A DNA stretch of 43,087 nucleotides, taken from an uncultured Phenylobacterium sp. (GTDB lineage: Bacteria > Pseudomonadota > Alphaproteobacteria > Caulobacterales > Caulobacteraceae). The DNA lies in contig CBJNAS010000001.1 in the NCBI GenBank assembly GCA_966434565.1, forward strand, positions 1 to 43,087. Direction: 5' to 3'. This document shows positions 16,907 to 25,528 of this stretch, in pieces. The position numbers were made by a program, and so were the translations under genes. Position 1 is the first letter of the stretch; each line of letters opens with the position of its first letter. The notes under the pieces are model-generated. The model was not told where the DNA came from, made no database searches, and saw nothing but the letters and a program-made list of their open reading frames with translations.

Positions 16907-18118
16907 TCAGCCGGGCGCCCGGAGCGCGGCCTGCAGCACATCGGTGCGGCCGGTGCGGAAGCCTGCCTCGCAATAGGCTAGGTAGTAGCGCCACAACCGC
17001 TCGAAGCGCCGGTCGAAGCCGAGCCGGGCGATCAGCGGCCAGGCCCCCGCGAAACGCGCGCGCCAGTCGGCCAGGGTGCGCGCATAGTCGCCGCCGCACC
17101 GCAGCAGGCTCGACGGCTCCACGGAGAGCCCCGCCTTCTCCGCCGCGCCGGTGAGACGCCGCTCGGTCGGCAGCATGCCGCCGGGAAAGATGTGCAGCTG
17201 GATGAAATCCGGCCGCCGCATGTACTCTGCGAACAGGTCCTCGCGGATGACGATGACCTGAAGGGCTGCGTACGCGCCCGGTTTCAGCCGCTCGCCGAGG
17301 CGGGAAAAGAACAGCGGCCAGTAGGCCTGGCCGACCGCCTCGAACATCTCGATCGAGACCACCGCGTCGAAGCGCCCTTCCACGTCGCGGTAGTCGACCA
17401 GCCGCACCTCCACCCGCTCGGCCAGCCCGGCGCGGAACATCCGCGCCTCAGCGAAGGCCTTCTGCGCGGGCGACAGGGTGATTGCGGTGACCTTGGCCCC
17501 GAGTTCGCCGGCGGCGTACTCCGCGAACCCGCCCCAACCGCAGCCGATCTCGAGGACGTGGTCGTCGCGGCCGATCCCGGCGATCTCGGCCATGCGCTGG
17601 TACTTGCGGCGCTGGGCCTGGTCCAGGGACCCGTCGCCGCCGTCGAACAGGGCCGCGGAGTAGGTCATGCTGTCGTCGAGCCAGGCGCGGTAGAAATCGT
17701 TGCCCAGGTCGGAATGGCTGAGGATGTTGCTGCGCGCCCCGCGGCGGTCGTTGCGGTTCAGCGCATGGACCAGGCCACGCGCCGCCGCCAGCAGCTTCAG
17801 CCCGCGCGGGGCGAGGCCGTCATAGTTGCCCGCGAGCACGGTCAGCAGCGCCGCGAGGTCCGGCGTCTCCCAGTCCCCGTCGATGTAGCCCTCGGCGAAG
17901 CCCAGGTCCCCCTCGGCCAAGAGGCGGCCGAGCGCGCCCCAGCGGCGCAGGGTCAAGCGCCCGACGGGCTCGCCCGAGCCGCCGACGCAGATCGCCTCCG
18001 GCGTTCCGGGCAGGTCGATGATCAGGCCGCCCTGCCCCCACCCGCGGGAGACCTGGCGAAGCAACGGCCGCACGAAAATGGGGAGTGGGCGCGGCGAGGA
18101 AGCGACGTCTGCGGTCAT
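16907..18118 (-). CDS. Cyclopropane-fatty-acid-synthase-family SAM methyltransferase (UfaM/CfaS-like)
   Basis: N-terminal lipid-binding region (LGFAEGYIDGDW), LGNDFY, MTYS, VLEIGCGWGG, SIEMFEAVG, IFPGGMLP, WRYYLAYCEAGF. Confidence 0.9.
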   Translation of the reverse strand: MTADVASSPRPLPIFVRPLLRQVSRGWGQGGLIIDLPGTPEAICVGGSGEPVGRLTLRRWGALGRLLAEGDLGFAEGYIDGDWETPDLAALLTVLAGNYDGLAPRGLKLLAAARGLVHALNRNDRRGARSNILSHSDLGNDFYRAWLDDSMTYSAALFDGGDGSLDQAQRRKYQRMAEIAGIGRDDHVLEIGCGWGGFAEYAAGELGAKVTAITLSPAQKAFAEARMFRAGLAERVEVRLVDYRDVEGRFDAVVSIEMFEAVGQAYWPLFFSRLGERLKPGAYAALQVIVIREDLFAEYMRRPDFIQLHIFPGGMLPTERRLTGAAEKAGLSVEPSSLLRCGGDYARTLADWRARFAGAWPLIARLGFDRRFERLWRYYLAYCEAGFRTGRTDVLQAALRAPG

Positions 18119-18122
18119 GCTG

Positions 18123-18545
18123 TCATGGATTCCGGCGGACTAGGGGACGAAGGGCGGCTGTGGCGGCCAGGGAGCTCACCCCGGTGACGGTCGCGCCCCA
18201 GGCGAGATCGAGGAGGGTCACGCGGTCCGCCCACACCGCCAGCGTCGCCTGGTTGGTCAGATCGTAGGTGGCGTAGGCGACGACCCCGAAGGCCGCGCCG
18301 CGCGCGAAGGCGGCCAGCGGGCCGCCCGCCTTCAGGGCGGGAACGACGCAGAAGCCGGTCAGGCCGGCGATGTAGATCAGATAGAACAGCACCGCCGGCC
18401 CGATCCGCGGCGCCGGCGCGAGCAGGGGCGCAAGCTCCGCACGGTAGAGCCGCTCTCCCGCCAGCGTCAGCCAGACGGAGTCCATGGCCACGAACACCAC
18501 GGCGGCGATCAGCCAGGCCACCGGATAGATGCGCCAGCCGCTCAC
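18123..18545 (-). CDS. DUF2177-family membrane protein
   Basis: GTG at 18545 (GTGA overlap with the upstream stop). DSVWL, FYLIY and YATYDLTNQATL...DLAWG motifs. Confidence 0.8.
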   Translation of the reverse strand: MSGWRIYPVAWLIAAVVFVAMDSVWLTLAGERLYRAELAPLLAPAPRIGPAVLFYLIYIAGLTGFCVVPALKAGGPLAAFARGAAFGVVAYATYDLTNQATLAVWADRVTLLDLAWGATVTGVSSLAATAALRPLVRRNP

Positions 18546-19570
18546 GCGGGCGCCAGGCGGTAGTGGCTCACGCCCCACTCCCGCCCTCCCGCATGGCCGA
18601 ACAGCCCCTCGGTCGCCATAAAGAACAGCCGCCAGCGGCGCCCCCAGAGGGCGGCCTGATCGCCGTACACCTCGGCGACGATGGCGCGGATCTCGGCGGC
18701 GTGGCGGTCGTAGTTGGCGAGCCAGTCGCGCGCCGTGCGGGCGTAGTGCTCGCCGCTCCATCGCCATTCCTCCTCGACCTTGAAGAGGTCGTCGAAGCGG
18801 TGGATCAGCCCGTGGCTGGGCATCACCCCGCCGGTGAAGAAGTGGTGGGCGATCCAGTCGGCCGGATCGCTTACGTCGAAGCGATAGGGCGCCGCGCGGT
18901 GGCTGAAGACGTGGATGAAAAGCCGCCCCTTGGGATCGAGCCAGCCGCGGACGCGCGATAGCAGGGCGCGCCAGTTCGCCATGTGCTCGAACATCTCCAC
19001 CGAGACGACGCGGTCGAACGCCTGCACAGTGGCGAAGTCGTTCATGTCCGCCGTGACCACGCGCAGGTTGGTCAGTCCCTCAGCCGCGACCACGGCCTCG
19101 ATGTGCGCCCGCTGCGAGGCCGAATTGGAGACACTCAGGATGCGCGCGCGCGGATAGGCGCGGGCCATCCACAGGCTGAGCGAGCCCCAGCCGCAGCCGA
19201 GCTCCAGGATGCTCTGGCCGTCCGCGAGGTCCGCATGCTCCGCCGTGAGCCGCAGGGCCTCGGCCTCGGCCTGGGCCAGGGACAGGCCCGCGCGGCCGTA
19301 ATGACAGCAGGAGTATTTCCGGTGGGGCCCCAGCACCCGCTCGAAGAAGCGCGCAGGCAGCTCGTAGTGCTGGGCGTTGGCGGCCTCGGGATGTTCGGCG
19401 ATGCGGAACTCGGCCATGGTGCGGGCGAAATCCGCCTCGGCGGCCGGGTCGCCGGCGGCCAACCGCCGCCGCGCCCCGCTCACCAGGAGGTTGACCGCCG
19501 CGCGCCGGGCGGCGTCCGGCAGGGGCGCGCCCTCGAACGCGCGGATCGCTAGGGCTGTGGCTGGGCTCAC
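18542..19570 (-). CDS. Second CFA-synthase-like SAM-dependent methyltransferase
   Basis: GTG at 19570 (GTGA overlap). ANAQHYEL, KYSCC, ILELGCGWGSL, SVEMFEHM, FFTGGVMPS. Confidence 0.88.
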   Translation of the reverse strand: MSPATALAIRAFEGAPLPDAARRAAVNLLVSGARRRLAAGDPAAEADFARTMAEFRIAEHPEAANAQHYELPARFFERVLGPHRKYSCCHYGRAGLSLAQAEAEALRLTAEHADLADGQSILELGCGWGSLSLWMARAYPRARILSVSNSASQRAHIEAVVAAEGLTNLRVVTADMNDFATVQAFDRVVSVEMFEHMANWRALLSRVRGWLDPKGRLFIHVFSHRAAPYRFDVSDPADWIAHHFFTGGVMPSHGLIHRFDDLFKVEEEWRWSGEHYARTARDWLANYDRHAAEIRAIVAEVYGDQAALWGRRWRLFFMATEGLFGHAGGREWGVSHYRLAPA

Positions 19571-20379
19571 GCACGGGCTCCTGGCTTGGCGAAAGGGAAG
19601 AAGGCGGGAACACGGGCTTGGTAGGCGCGGTAGGCCTCGCCACGGCTGGCGAGCATGGCCCGCTCTAGCGGCGGCACGCCGCTCACGCGGGTGAGCAGCC
19701 AGTACATCATGCCCGGCGCGGCGAGCGCCAGCCAGGGCCACGGGCGGCCCGGGCCGAAGGCGAAGGCAGCCAGCGGATAGGCGGTCCAGATCAGCCACTC
19801 GAAGACGTAGTTGGGGTGGCGCGACCACGCCCAGAGGCCCTCGTCGCAGACCCGGCCGCGATTCTCCGGACGGGCTTTGAACCGCGCCAGCTGGCGGTCC
19901 GCCAGCCCCTCGCCGGCGATCGCGACCGCCAGCACCGCCAGCGCCGCCAGGTCGTAACGCCCGAGCGGCTCGGGGGCGTGGGCGGCGATCAGCACGGCCA
20001 GAGCCAGAATCGCCCCGATCGGCGCCTGCACCAGCATGAAGCCCAGCATGGTCCGCTGGAACCGCGAGCCCAGCTCACGCCGCATGGTTGCATAGCGCGC
20101 GTCCTCGGCGCCGTGCGTCATCCGGGCGGCGATGTGCCCCCCGAGCCGCAGACCCCAGGCGGCGCAAAGCGCGCCCACGATGGCGCGCCGGGCGGGCGCG
20201 GCGGGCAGCGCCTCGAACGGGGTGATGGCCAGCGCTGAGCCGGCGGCGCCCACGCCGAAGCTCCAGAACACGTCGGACCAGCCGGCGTCGCCGACCCGCG
20301 CCTGGAACACCCATCCGACGAACATCAAGGCGGCCAGGAACGCCAAGGCGCCGGCGACCGCAATCAGCACCTCGACCAT
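19567..20379 (-). CDS. DUF1295-family (steroid 5-alpha-reductase-like) membrane protein
   Basis: DVFWS, WGLRL, EDARY, ADRQLARFK, GLWAWSRHPNYVFEW, SGVPPLE. Confidence 0.88.
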   Translation of the reverse strand: MVEVLIAVAGALAFLAALMFVGWVFQARVGDAGWSDVFWSFGVGAAGSALAITPFEALPAAPARRAIVGALCAAWGLRLGGHIAARMTHGAEDARYATMRRELGSRFQRTMLGFMLVQAPIGAILALAVLIAAHAPEPLGRYDLAALAVLAVAIAGEGLADRQLARFKARPENRGRVCDEGLWAWSRHPNYVFEWLIWTAYPLAAFAFGPGRPWPWLALAAPGMMYWLLTRVSGVPPLERAMLASRGEAYRAYQARVPAFFPFAKPGARA

Positions 20380-20404
20380 CGCCCCCTGCCTCGCTCCCCA
20401 CCAT

Positions 20405-20432
20405 ATACGATCAGATTGCTACCGCAGATGCA
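20405..20432 (-). promoter_or_regulatory. Putative ECF sigma promoter TGCATCT-N16-CGTAT for the DUF1295-methyltransferase operon
   Basis: The reverse complement reads TGCATCT, a 16-nt spacer, then CGTAT. Ends 25 nt before the ATG at 20379. Confidence 0.7.
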
Positions 20433-20456
20433 TCCAGCCGATCCGCGCTCTCGTAA
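20429..20456 (+). promoter_or_regulatory. Putative ECF sigma promoter TGCATCC-N16-CGTAA for the FAD oxidoreductase-DUF1365 operon
   Basis: Direct match to the repeated motif. Shares the ATGCAT palindrome with the divergent copy. Confidence 0.7.
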
Positions 20457-20503
20457 ATATAAGATAAGAGCAACCTCAGCCGTTCGGCCAAGGGGGATGG
20501 GGC

Positions 20504-21835
20504 GTGGGACAGCGGATCGCCGTAATCGGCGCGGGCATTTCGGGCATGAGCGCGGCCTGGCTTCTCTCTGGCAAGCATGAGGTCACGGTCTTAGAACGCG
20601 ACGGGCGGCTGGGCGGGCATTCGAACACGGTCGAGGTGAGCTGGCCGGACGGCAGGCGGACGCCAGTCGACACCGGCTTCATCGTCTACAACGAGCTTAA
20701 CTATCCGAACCTGACCGCCCTCTTCGCCCACCTTGGCGTGGCCACGCGCAAGGCCGAGATGGACTTCGCCGTCTCCCTCGACGGCGGCGCGCTGGAATAC
20801 GGCAGCGCCAGCCCGACCGCGATCTTCGCCCAGAAGCGCAACCTTGTGCGGCCGCGATTCTGGGCCATGCTGCGCGACCTGGTGCGGTTCTACCGGCAGG
20901 CGCCGAAGGACGCGGCCCTGCGCGAGGACGCCCGCATCTCGATCGGCGAGTACATGCGCTCGGGCGGGTACTGCTCGGCCTTCCTCGACGACCACCTGTT
21001 TCCCCAGGCCGCGGCGATCTGGTCGGCGTCGGTGTGCTCGATCCGCGAGTATCCGGCAGCGGCCCTGGTCCGCTTCTTCGAGAACCACGGCCTGCTCAAG
21101 CTCGCGGGGCGCCCACAGTGGCGCACGGTGGACGGCGGCTCGGCCAACTATGTCGCGCGCCTGACCGCGGCCTTCCGCGACCGCGTGCGGCTGGGCTGCG
21201 GCGCCCGCAGCGTGCGACGGGACGGCGCCGGAGTGGTCGTCGAGGATGCGACCGGCGGGGAGCAGCGGTTCGATCAGGTGCTGATCGCCACCCACGCCGA
21301 CCAGGCGCTCGCGCTGCTGCGTGATCCGAGCGAGGCCGAGCGACGGCTGCTCGGCGCCTTCCGCTACAGCCGCAACACCGCCGTCCTGCACACCGACGGC
21401 TCGCTGATGCCGCAGCGGCGGGGGGCTTGGTCGAGCTGGAACTACATCGGCGACCGCGCCGACGCCGACGGCGGCTGCGTCACCTATTGGATGAACCGGC
21501 TACAGAGCCTGCGCACGCCGCAGCCGCTGTTCGTCACCCTCAACCCGCATCAGGCGCCGGACCAGGCCCGCGTGATCCGCGAGGAGGCGTACGAACATCC
21601 CCTGTTCGACACCGCAGCCCTCACCGCCCAGCGTGAGCTTTGGAGCCTGCAGGGGAGCCGACGCACCTGGTTCTGCGGCGCGCACTTCGGCGCCGGCTTC
21701 CACGAGGACGGCCTGCAGTCCGGCCTTGCCGCGGCGGAGGCGATGGGCGGGGTCCGCCGCCCCTGGTCGGTGGACGACGAATCCGGCCGCATCTTCCTGC
21801 CGCCGCGGGACGCCCGGCTGGAGCTCGCCGCCTGA
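20504..21835 (+). CDS. FAD-dependent oxidoreductase, UfaD-like fatty acid desaturase
   Basis: IGAGISG, RLGGHSNT, VDTGFIVYNELNYPNL, AWSSWNY, YEHP, CGAHFGAGFHEDG. Adjacent to DUF1365. Confidence 0.85.
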   Translation: MGQRIAVIGAGISGMSAAWLLSGKHEVTVLERDGRLGGHSNTVEVSWPDGRRTPVDTGFIVYNELNYPNLTALFAHLGVATRKAEMDFAVSLDGGALEYGSASPTAIFAQKRNLVRPRFWAMLRDLVRFYRQAPKDAALREDARISIGEYMRSGGYCSAFLDDHLFPQAAAIWSASVCSIREYPAAALVRFFENHGLLKLAGRPQWRTVDGGSANYVARLTAAFRDRVRLGCGARSVRRDGAGVVVEDATGGEQRFDQVLIATHADQALALLRDPSEAERRLLGAFRYSRNTAVLHTDGSLMPQRRGAWSSWNYIGDRADADGGCVTYWMNRLQSLRTPQPLFVTLNPHQAPDQARVIREEAYEHPLFDTAALTAQRELWSLQGSRRTWFCGAHFGAGFHEDGLQSGLAAAEAMGGVRRPWSVDDESGRIFLPPRDARLELAA

Positions 21836-22641
21836 TGCGCTCGGCGGTGTTCCGCTGCGAGGTGATGCACGCCCGCATGCGGCCGAAGCGCCATCGCCTG
21901 CGCTACCGGATCTTCCAGGTGCTGCTCGACCTCGACGAGGCGGAGGAGCTTGCCGCGCGCTCGCGCCTGTTCTCGCTCGGACGCGCCAATCTGTTCAGCT
22001 TCCGGCCGTCCGACCATCTCGGCGGCGACCGGCCGCTCGCAGATCAGGTGCGCGAGTTACTCGCCCGCGCAGGGCTCGAGCTTCGCGGCGGCCGTATCCA
22101 GGTGCTGTGCATGCCGCGGGTGCTGGGCCACGCCTTCAACCCGCTGACCCTGTTCTTCTGCCACGCCGCCGACGGCGGGCTCGCGGCGATCCTTTACGAG
22201 GTGAACAACACCTTCGGCGAACGCCACATCTACGTCGCGCCCGTAGGCGGCGGGCAGTGGCGCGGAGCCTGGGTCCATCAGGCCTGCGACAAGGCCTTCT
22301 TCGTCTCGCCCTTCATGCCCATGGAGCTCGCCTACCGCTTCCAGGTGCGCGAGCCGGGCGAGACGGTGGGCGTGCGCATCGGCGTGAGCGACGCGGAAGG
22401 CCAGGTGCTGACCGCGACCCTGACGGGCGAGCGCGAGCCCTTCAGCGACGCCGCCCTCCTGCGGGCGGCGCTGTCGGCGCCGCTCCTGGGGCTGAAGGTG
22501 CTCGCCGCCATCCACTGGGAAGCCCTGCGGATCTGGCTCAAGGGAGTGCGCCCGCACCGCCGCGACCCGGCCCGCACGCTCGGCGTGACGGTGGTTCGCC
22601 CGACCGAGGCCCAGGCGCTCACACCCGCCGGTAGTCCATGA
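21835..22641 (+). CDS. DUF1365-family protein (UfaO-like)
   Basis: ATG overlaps the upstream TGA (TGATG). MHARMRPKRH, PRVLGHAFNPL, EVNNTFGERHIY, KAFFVSPF, IHWEALRIWLKG. Confidence 0.88.
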   Translation: MRSAVFRCEVMHARMRPKRHRLRYRIFQVLLDLDEAEELAARSRLFSLGRANLFSFRPSDHLGGDRPLADQVRELLARAGLELRGGRIQVLCMPRVLGHAFNPLTLFFCHAADGGLAAILYEVNNTFGERHIYVAPVGGGQWRGAWVHQACDKAFFVSPFMPMELAYRFQVREPGETVGVRIGVSDAEGQVLTATLTGEREPFSDAALLRAALSAPLLGLKVLAAIHWEALRIWLKGVRPHRRDPARTLGVTVVRPTEAQALTPAGSP

Positions 22642-23272
22642 TCGAGTGATCGTTCAGGCGGCCCGACAGGGCGATCCAGGCGCCGGCCTGATCGTACCAA
22701 TCGTCGATCTGCGCATCGCCGCGCAGCACCCAGTGGGTCGCCGCGCCGACGGCTGCGCCCGGGGGGCTGTCGCCGGTCCGCCGCGTGGCCTCCAGCCGCA
22801 GCAACTTTCCAGTCTGGGGATTGAACAGAGGCCGCCGGAAGACATCGGCGTTCCAGTGGGTGAGCGGCGCGGCCTCCGCCGGCGCCTCCACGCGGCCGCC
22901 GAGGGTCTCGATGGTCACGCCGGATGCGGTGCGCACGGCGTGGACGCGCTCCAGCTTGCCGTTGCTCGAGGTCCGCGTGTCCAGGCTGACGAACGCGCCG
23001 TCACGCCAGACCTCGGTGGCATGATGGGTGTAGCGGAACACCGGGACCGGACCGAGGTTGACGGCGAGGGAGACGTTGGTCTCGACGGTGACCGCCCCGG
23101 GCGCCGGCGTGGCGAAGGCCATGTCGTGCTCACCCAGGCGCGCGCCGTTGCGCAGCACCAGGAAGCGCAATCGGCCGCCCGGAGGGATGGCCGCACAAGC
23201 GGGCCGGGCGAGGAGGGCTCCCGCCGCGCCTAGAACGGCCCGGCGGCTCAGAGGCGACGCGTCGGCGATCAT
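22619..23272 (-). CDS. Tat-exported beta-rich protein (DUF6134-like)
   Basis: Twin-arginine signal SRRAVLG. FLVLRNGARLGEH, FRYTHHATEVWRDG and DWYD patterns. Confidence 0.7.
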   Translation of the reverse strand: MIADASPLSRRAVLGAAGALLARPACAAIPPGGRLRFLVLRNGARLGEHDMAFATPAPGAVTVETNVSLAVNLGPVPVFRYTHHATEVWRDGAFVSLDTRTSSNGKLERVHAVRTASGVTIETLGGRVEAPAEAAPLTHWNADVFRRPLFNPQTGKLLRLEATRRTGDSPPGAAVGAATHWVLRGDAQIDDWYDQAGAWIALSGRLNDHSIMDYRRV

Positions 23273-24138
23273 GCGGCGGTCTCCAGCGCTCGCGCCGCCG
23301 CAGCGTGCAGAAAAGCGGTGCTGTCGCGCAATACGGGAATACGCATTTTCAACGGCCAGGCCAAGGCGAGCACGAGCTCGGCGTGGCCGGTGTCCGCATA
23401 GACCCGCTGCTCGACGGCCACGCCGGCGGCGGCGAGCTGAGCGCTGAGCCGCGCCGTGTTATGCAGGGCCACCAGGGTGTCGCAGTCGCCGTGGGCGAGG
23501 AATGCGGCCGGGCAGCCGGGGCGCACATTCTTGATCGGCTGAGTGGCCTCCAAGTCTGCGACCCGCCCGAAGGTGCGCTGCCCGGGCCCCGGCGTCAGCG
23601 GCAGGAAATCGTAGGGGCCCGCCAGGCCCGCCCAGGCCGCGATCGCCGTCCCCGCGCCTGCCTCGCGAAGCCAACGCGGGTCGAGGGCCAGCATGGCGGC
23701 GTTGTAGGCCCCGGCCGAATGCCCCGCCAGGACCGTGGCCGAGGGATCAGCGCCGAAGTCGGCCGCGTGCGCCTGGGCCCAGGCGACAGCGAGCGCGCAG
23801 TCCTCCAGGAAGGCCGGATAGGCGGCCTCGCCGGTCAGGCGGTAGTCGGGAACCGCGGTTACGAACCCCTGCGCGGCGTAGGCACGTCCCGCGAAGGCGT
23901 AGTCGCGGGGCGTGCCGCCCTCCCAGCCGCCGCCGGAGAAGAACACCATCATCCCGCGCGGGCGAGCGCCGGCCACCGGCAAGTAGACGTCTGCTTTGTG
24001 GCGGGGCGCGGGTCCGAACGGCAGCCCCTGACGAACGCTCACGCCCCACGGCCGGGGCGTGACGGCGTTGAAAAGCGCCAGGCCCGCGCTGGCCCGTCTG
24101 GCCTCGCGCGCGGCTGCGGTCGCGGGCGGCGTCCTCAT
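23269..24138 (-). CDS. Alpha/beta hydrolase (esterase/lipase)
   Basis: ATG at 24138. FFSGGGW, PDYRL, nucleophile GHSAG, HGDCD and GH catalytic motifs. Confidence 0.85.
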   Translation of the reverse strand: MRTPPATAAAREARRASAGLALFNAVTPRPWGVSVRQGLPFGPAPRHKADVYLPVAGARPRGMMVFFSGGGWEGGTPRDYAFAGRAYAAQGFVTAVPDYRLTGEAAYPAFLEDCALAVAWAQAHAADFGADPSATVLAGHSAGAYNAAMLALDPRWLREAGAGTAIAAWAGLAGPYDFLPLTPGPGQRTFGRVADLEATQPIKNVRPGCPAAFLAHGDCDTLVALHNTARLSAQLAAAGVAVEQRVYADTGHAELVLALAWPLKMRIPVLRDSTAFLHAAAARALETAA

Positions 24139-24174
24139 GAGATTCGACAGTGCTCCGTGCTGGATACAGGCCCT

Positions 24175-24202
24175 ATACGATTCTTCCCGCCCGGCGGACG
24201 CA
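24175..24202 (-). promoter_or_regulatory. Putative ECF sigma promoter TGCGTCC-N16-CGTAT upstream of the hydrolase-DUF6134 pair
   Basis: One mismatch to TGCATCC and an identical 16-nt spacer. Lies 36 nt before the ATG. Confidence 0.62.
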
Positions 24203-24509
24203 AGGCGGCGCCCGCCGCCCACGCGCGCGAGCCTCAGACCGTCTCGGCGTGTTGGCGTACATGGCGACGATGTCGCCGGAACTGACCAGGTGCGGCTTGA
24301 CACCCGCTGTGAGGGCGCGGCCCCGGCGGTTAAGATCAGGCTCGTGTCCGCGTCGGCGGCAGGGTCGCATCGTTGAAAACAACCGTTCAGCTTCGCTTGT
24401 ATTGCTAAAGCCGAAAGTCATCGACCGCGTCCCATGGTCGCGAGTACGTTCGCCAAACCGAGCTAATAATGATCCCTTGGGGGCCAGCAATCGGCCGAAC
24501 TTGGCCAGT

Positions 24510-25352
24510 AGCACTGTCAAAGCAATTAGGGGCGTCGTAACCGGCGCTTAGCAGCCTGGGCGCATGCGCCCCGCAAAGAGCCCGTTCCGCTACTTCAACT
24601 CGTCGCCGGAGGTGATCCAGCTGGTGGTGATGATGTACGTCCGCTATCCGCTGTCGCTGCGAAACGTCGAAGACCTGCTGTTTGAGCGGGGCATCGACAT
24701 TTGCCACGAGACCGTGCGGCTGCGGTGGAACCGCTTCGGCCCGATGTTCGCGGGCGAGATCCGCAAGAAGCGCGCCGCGCACCTGCGCCAGCACACCCAG
24801 TGGCGGTGGCATCTCGACGAGGTCTACGTGAAGATTAACGGCCAGATGCATTACCTCTGGCGCGCCGTGGATCACGAAGGCGAGGTACTGGAGTCCTTCG
24901 CCACCAAGGCGCGCGACAAGGCCGCCGCGCTCAAGATCATGAAAAAGCTGATGAAGCGCTTCGGCCGACCCCAGCAGGTCGTGACCGATGGGCTGCGCTC
25001 CTATGGCGCGGCCCTGAAGGAGTTCGGCATGGCGGAGCGCCAGGAGGTGGGCCGTTGGCGCAACAACCGGGCGGAAAACTCACACCAGCCGTTCCGACGA
25101 CGCGAGCGGGCCATGGAGCGTTTTCGCCGCATGCAAACGCTCCAGAAATTCGCCGCCGTCCATGGCGCCCTCCACAACCACTTCAATCAGGAACGCCATC
25201 TCACCATCTCACCCGCCGCGAGACCTACAAACAGAACCACTGAGCCACCCTGGCTGAGTGGCGCTCGCTTCTGGCCTGACGCGGCCTCTCCCCCTCTCCC
25301 CTGCCCGAGGTGCGCCAAAGCGGAGACAAGTTGCCGTTAGACTGACAGCACC
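24510..25352 (+). mobile_element. IS6-family insertion sequence, decayed
   Basis: 843 bp bounded by imperfect inverted ends (AGCACTGTCA... / ...TGACAGCACC) resembling IS6-type GGCACTGT ends. Contains a DDE transposase. No target duplication visible. Confidence 0.8.
24564..25279 (+). pseudogene. IS6-family transposase with damaged 3' end
   Basis: PLSLRNVEDLLFERGI, WHLDEVYVKING, YLWRAVD, VTDG, NNRAENSH. An 8-bp tandem duplication (CCATCTCA x2, 25196-25211) shifts the frame. The original frame also has TGA at 25241 before ...LAEWRSLLA-stop (25279). Confidence 0.8.
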
Positions 25353-25528
25353 GCCATGCATCCAATTGTCCAGCCCGATCGCAACTTAAGAACGCCGCGA
25401 CGGTCGGCGGTTGGAGCCAACCCGAGCTTCGCCGCAGAATGGCTCCGACATGCCCTTAGCTGACGTGGGGAACGTTCGGTGTGGGCGTGACTCCGAGCTT
25501 CACCACCCGCAGCCGCTAGGGTGCGGCC

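Noticed and set aside
24210-24509. Possible gene remnant left of the IS (…GVKPHLVSSGDIVAMYANTP…)
   Set aside because: Too short to assign, with no recognisable family.
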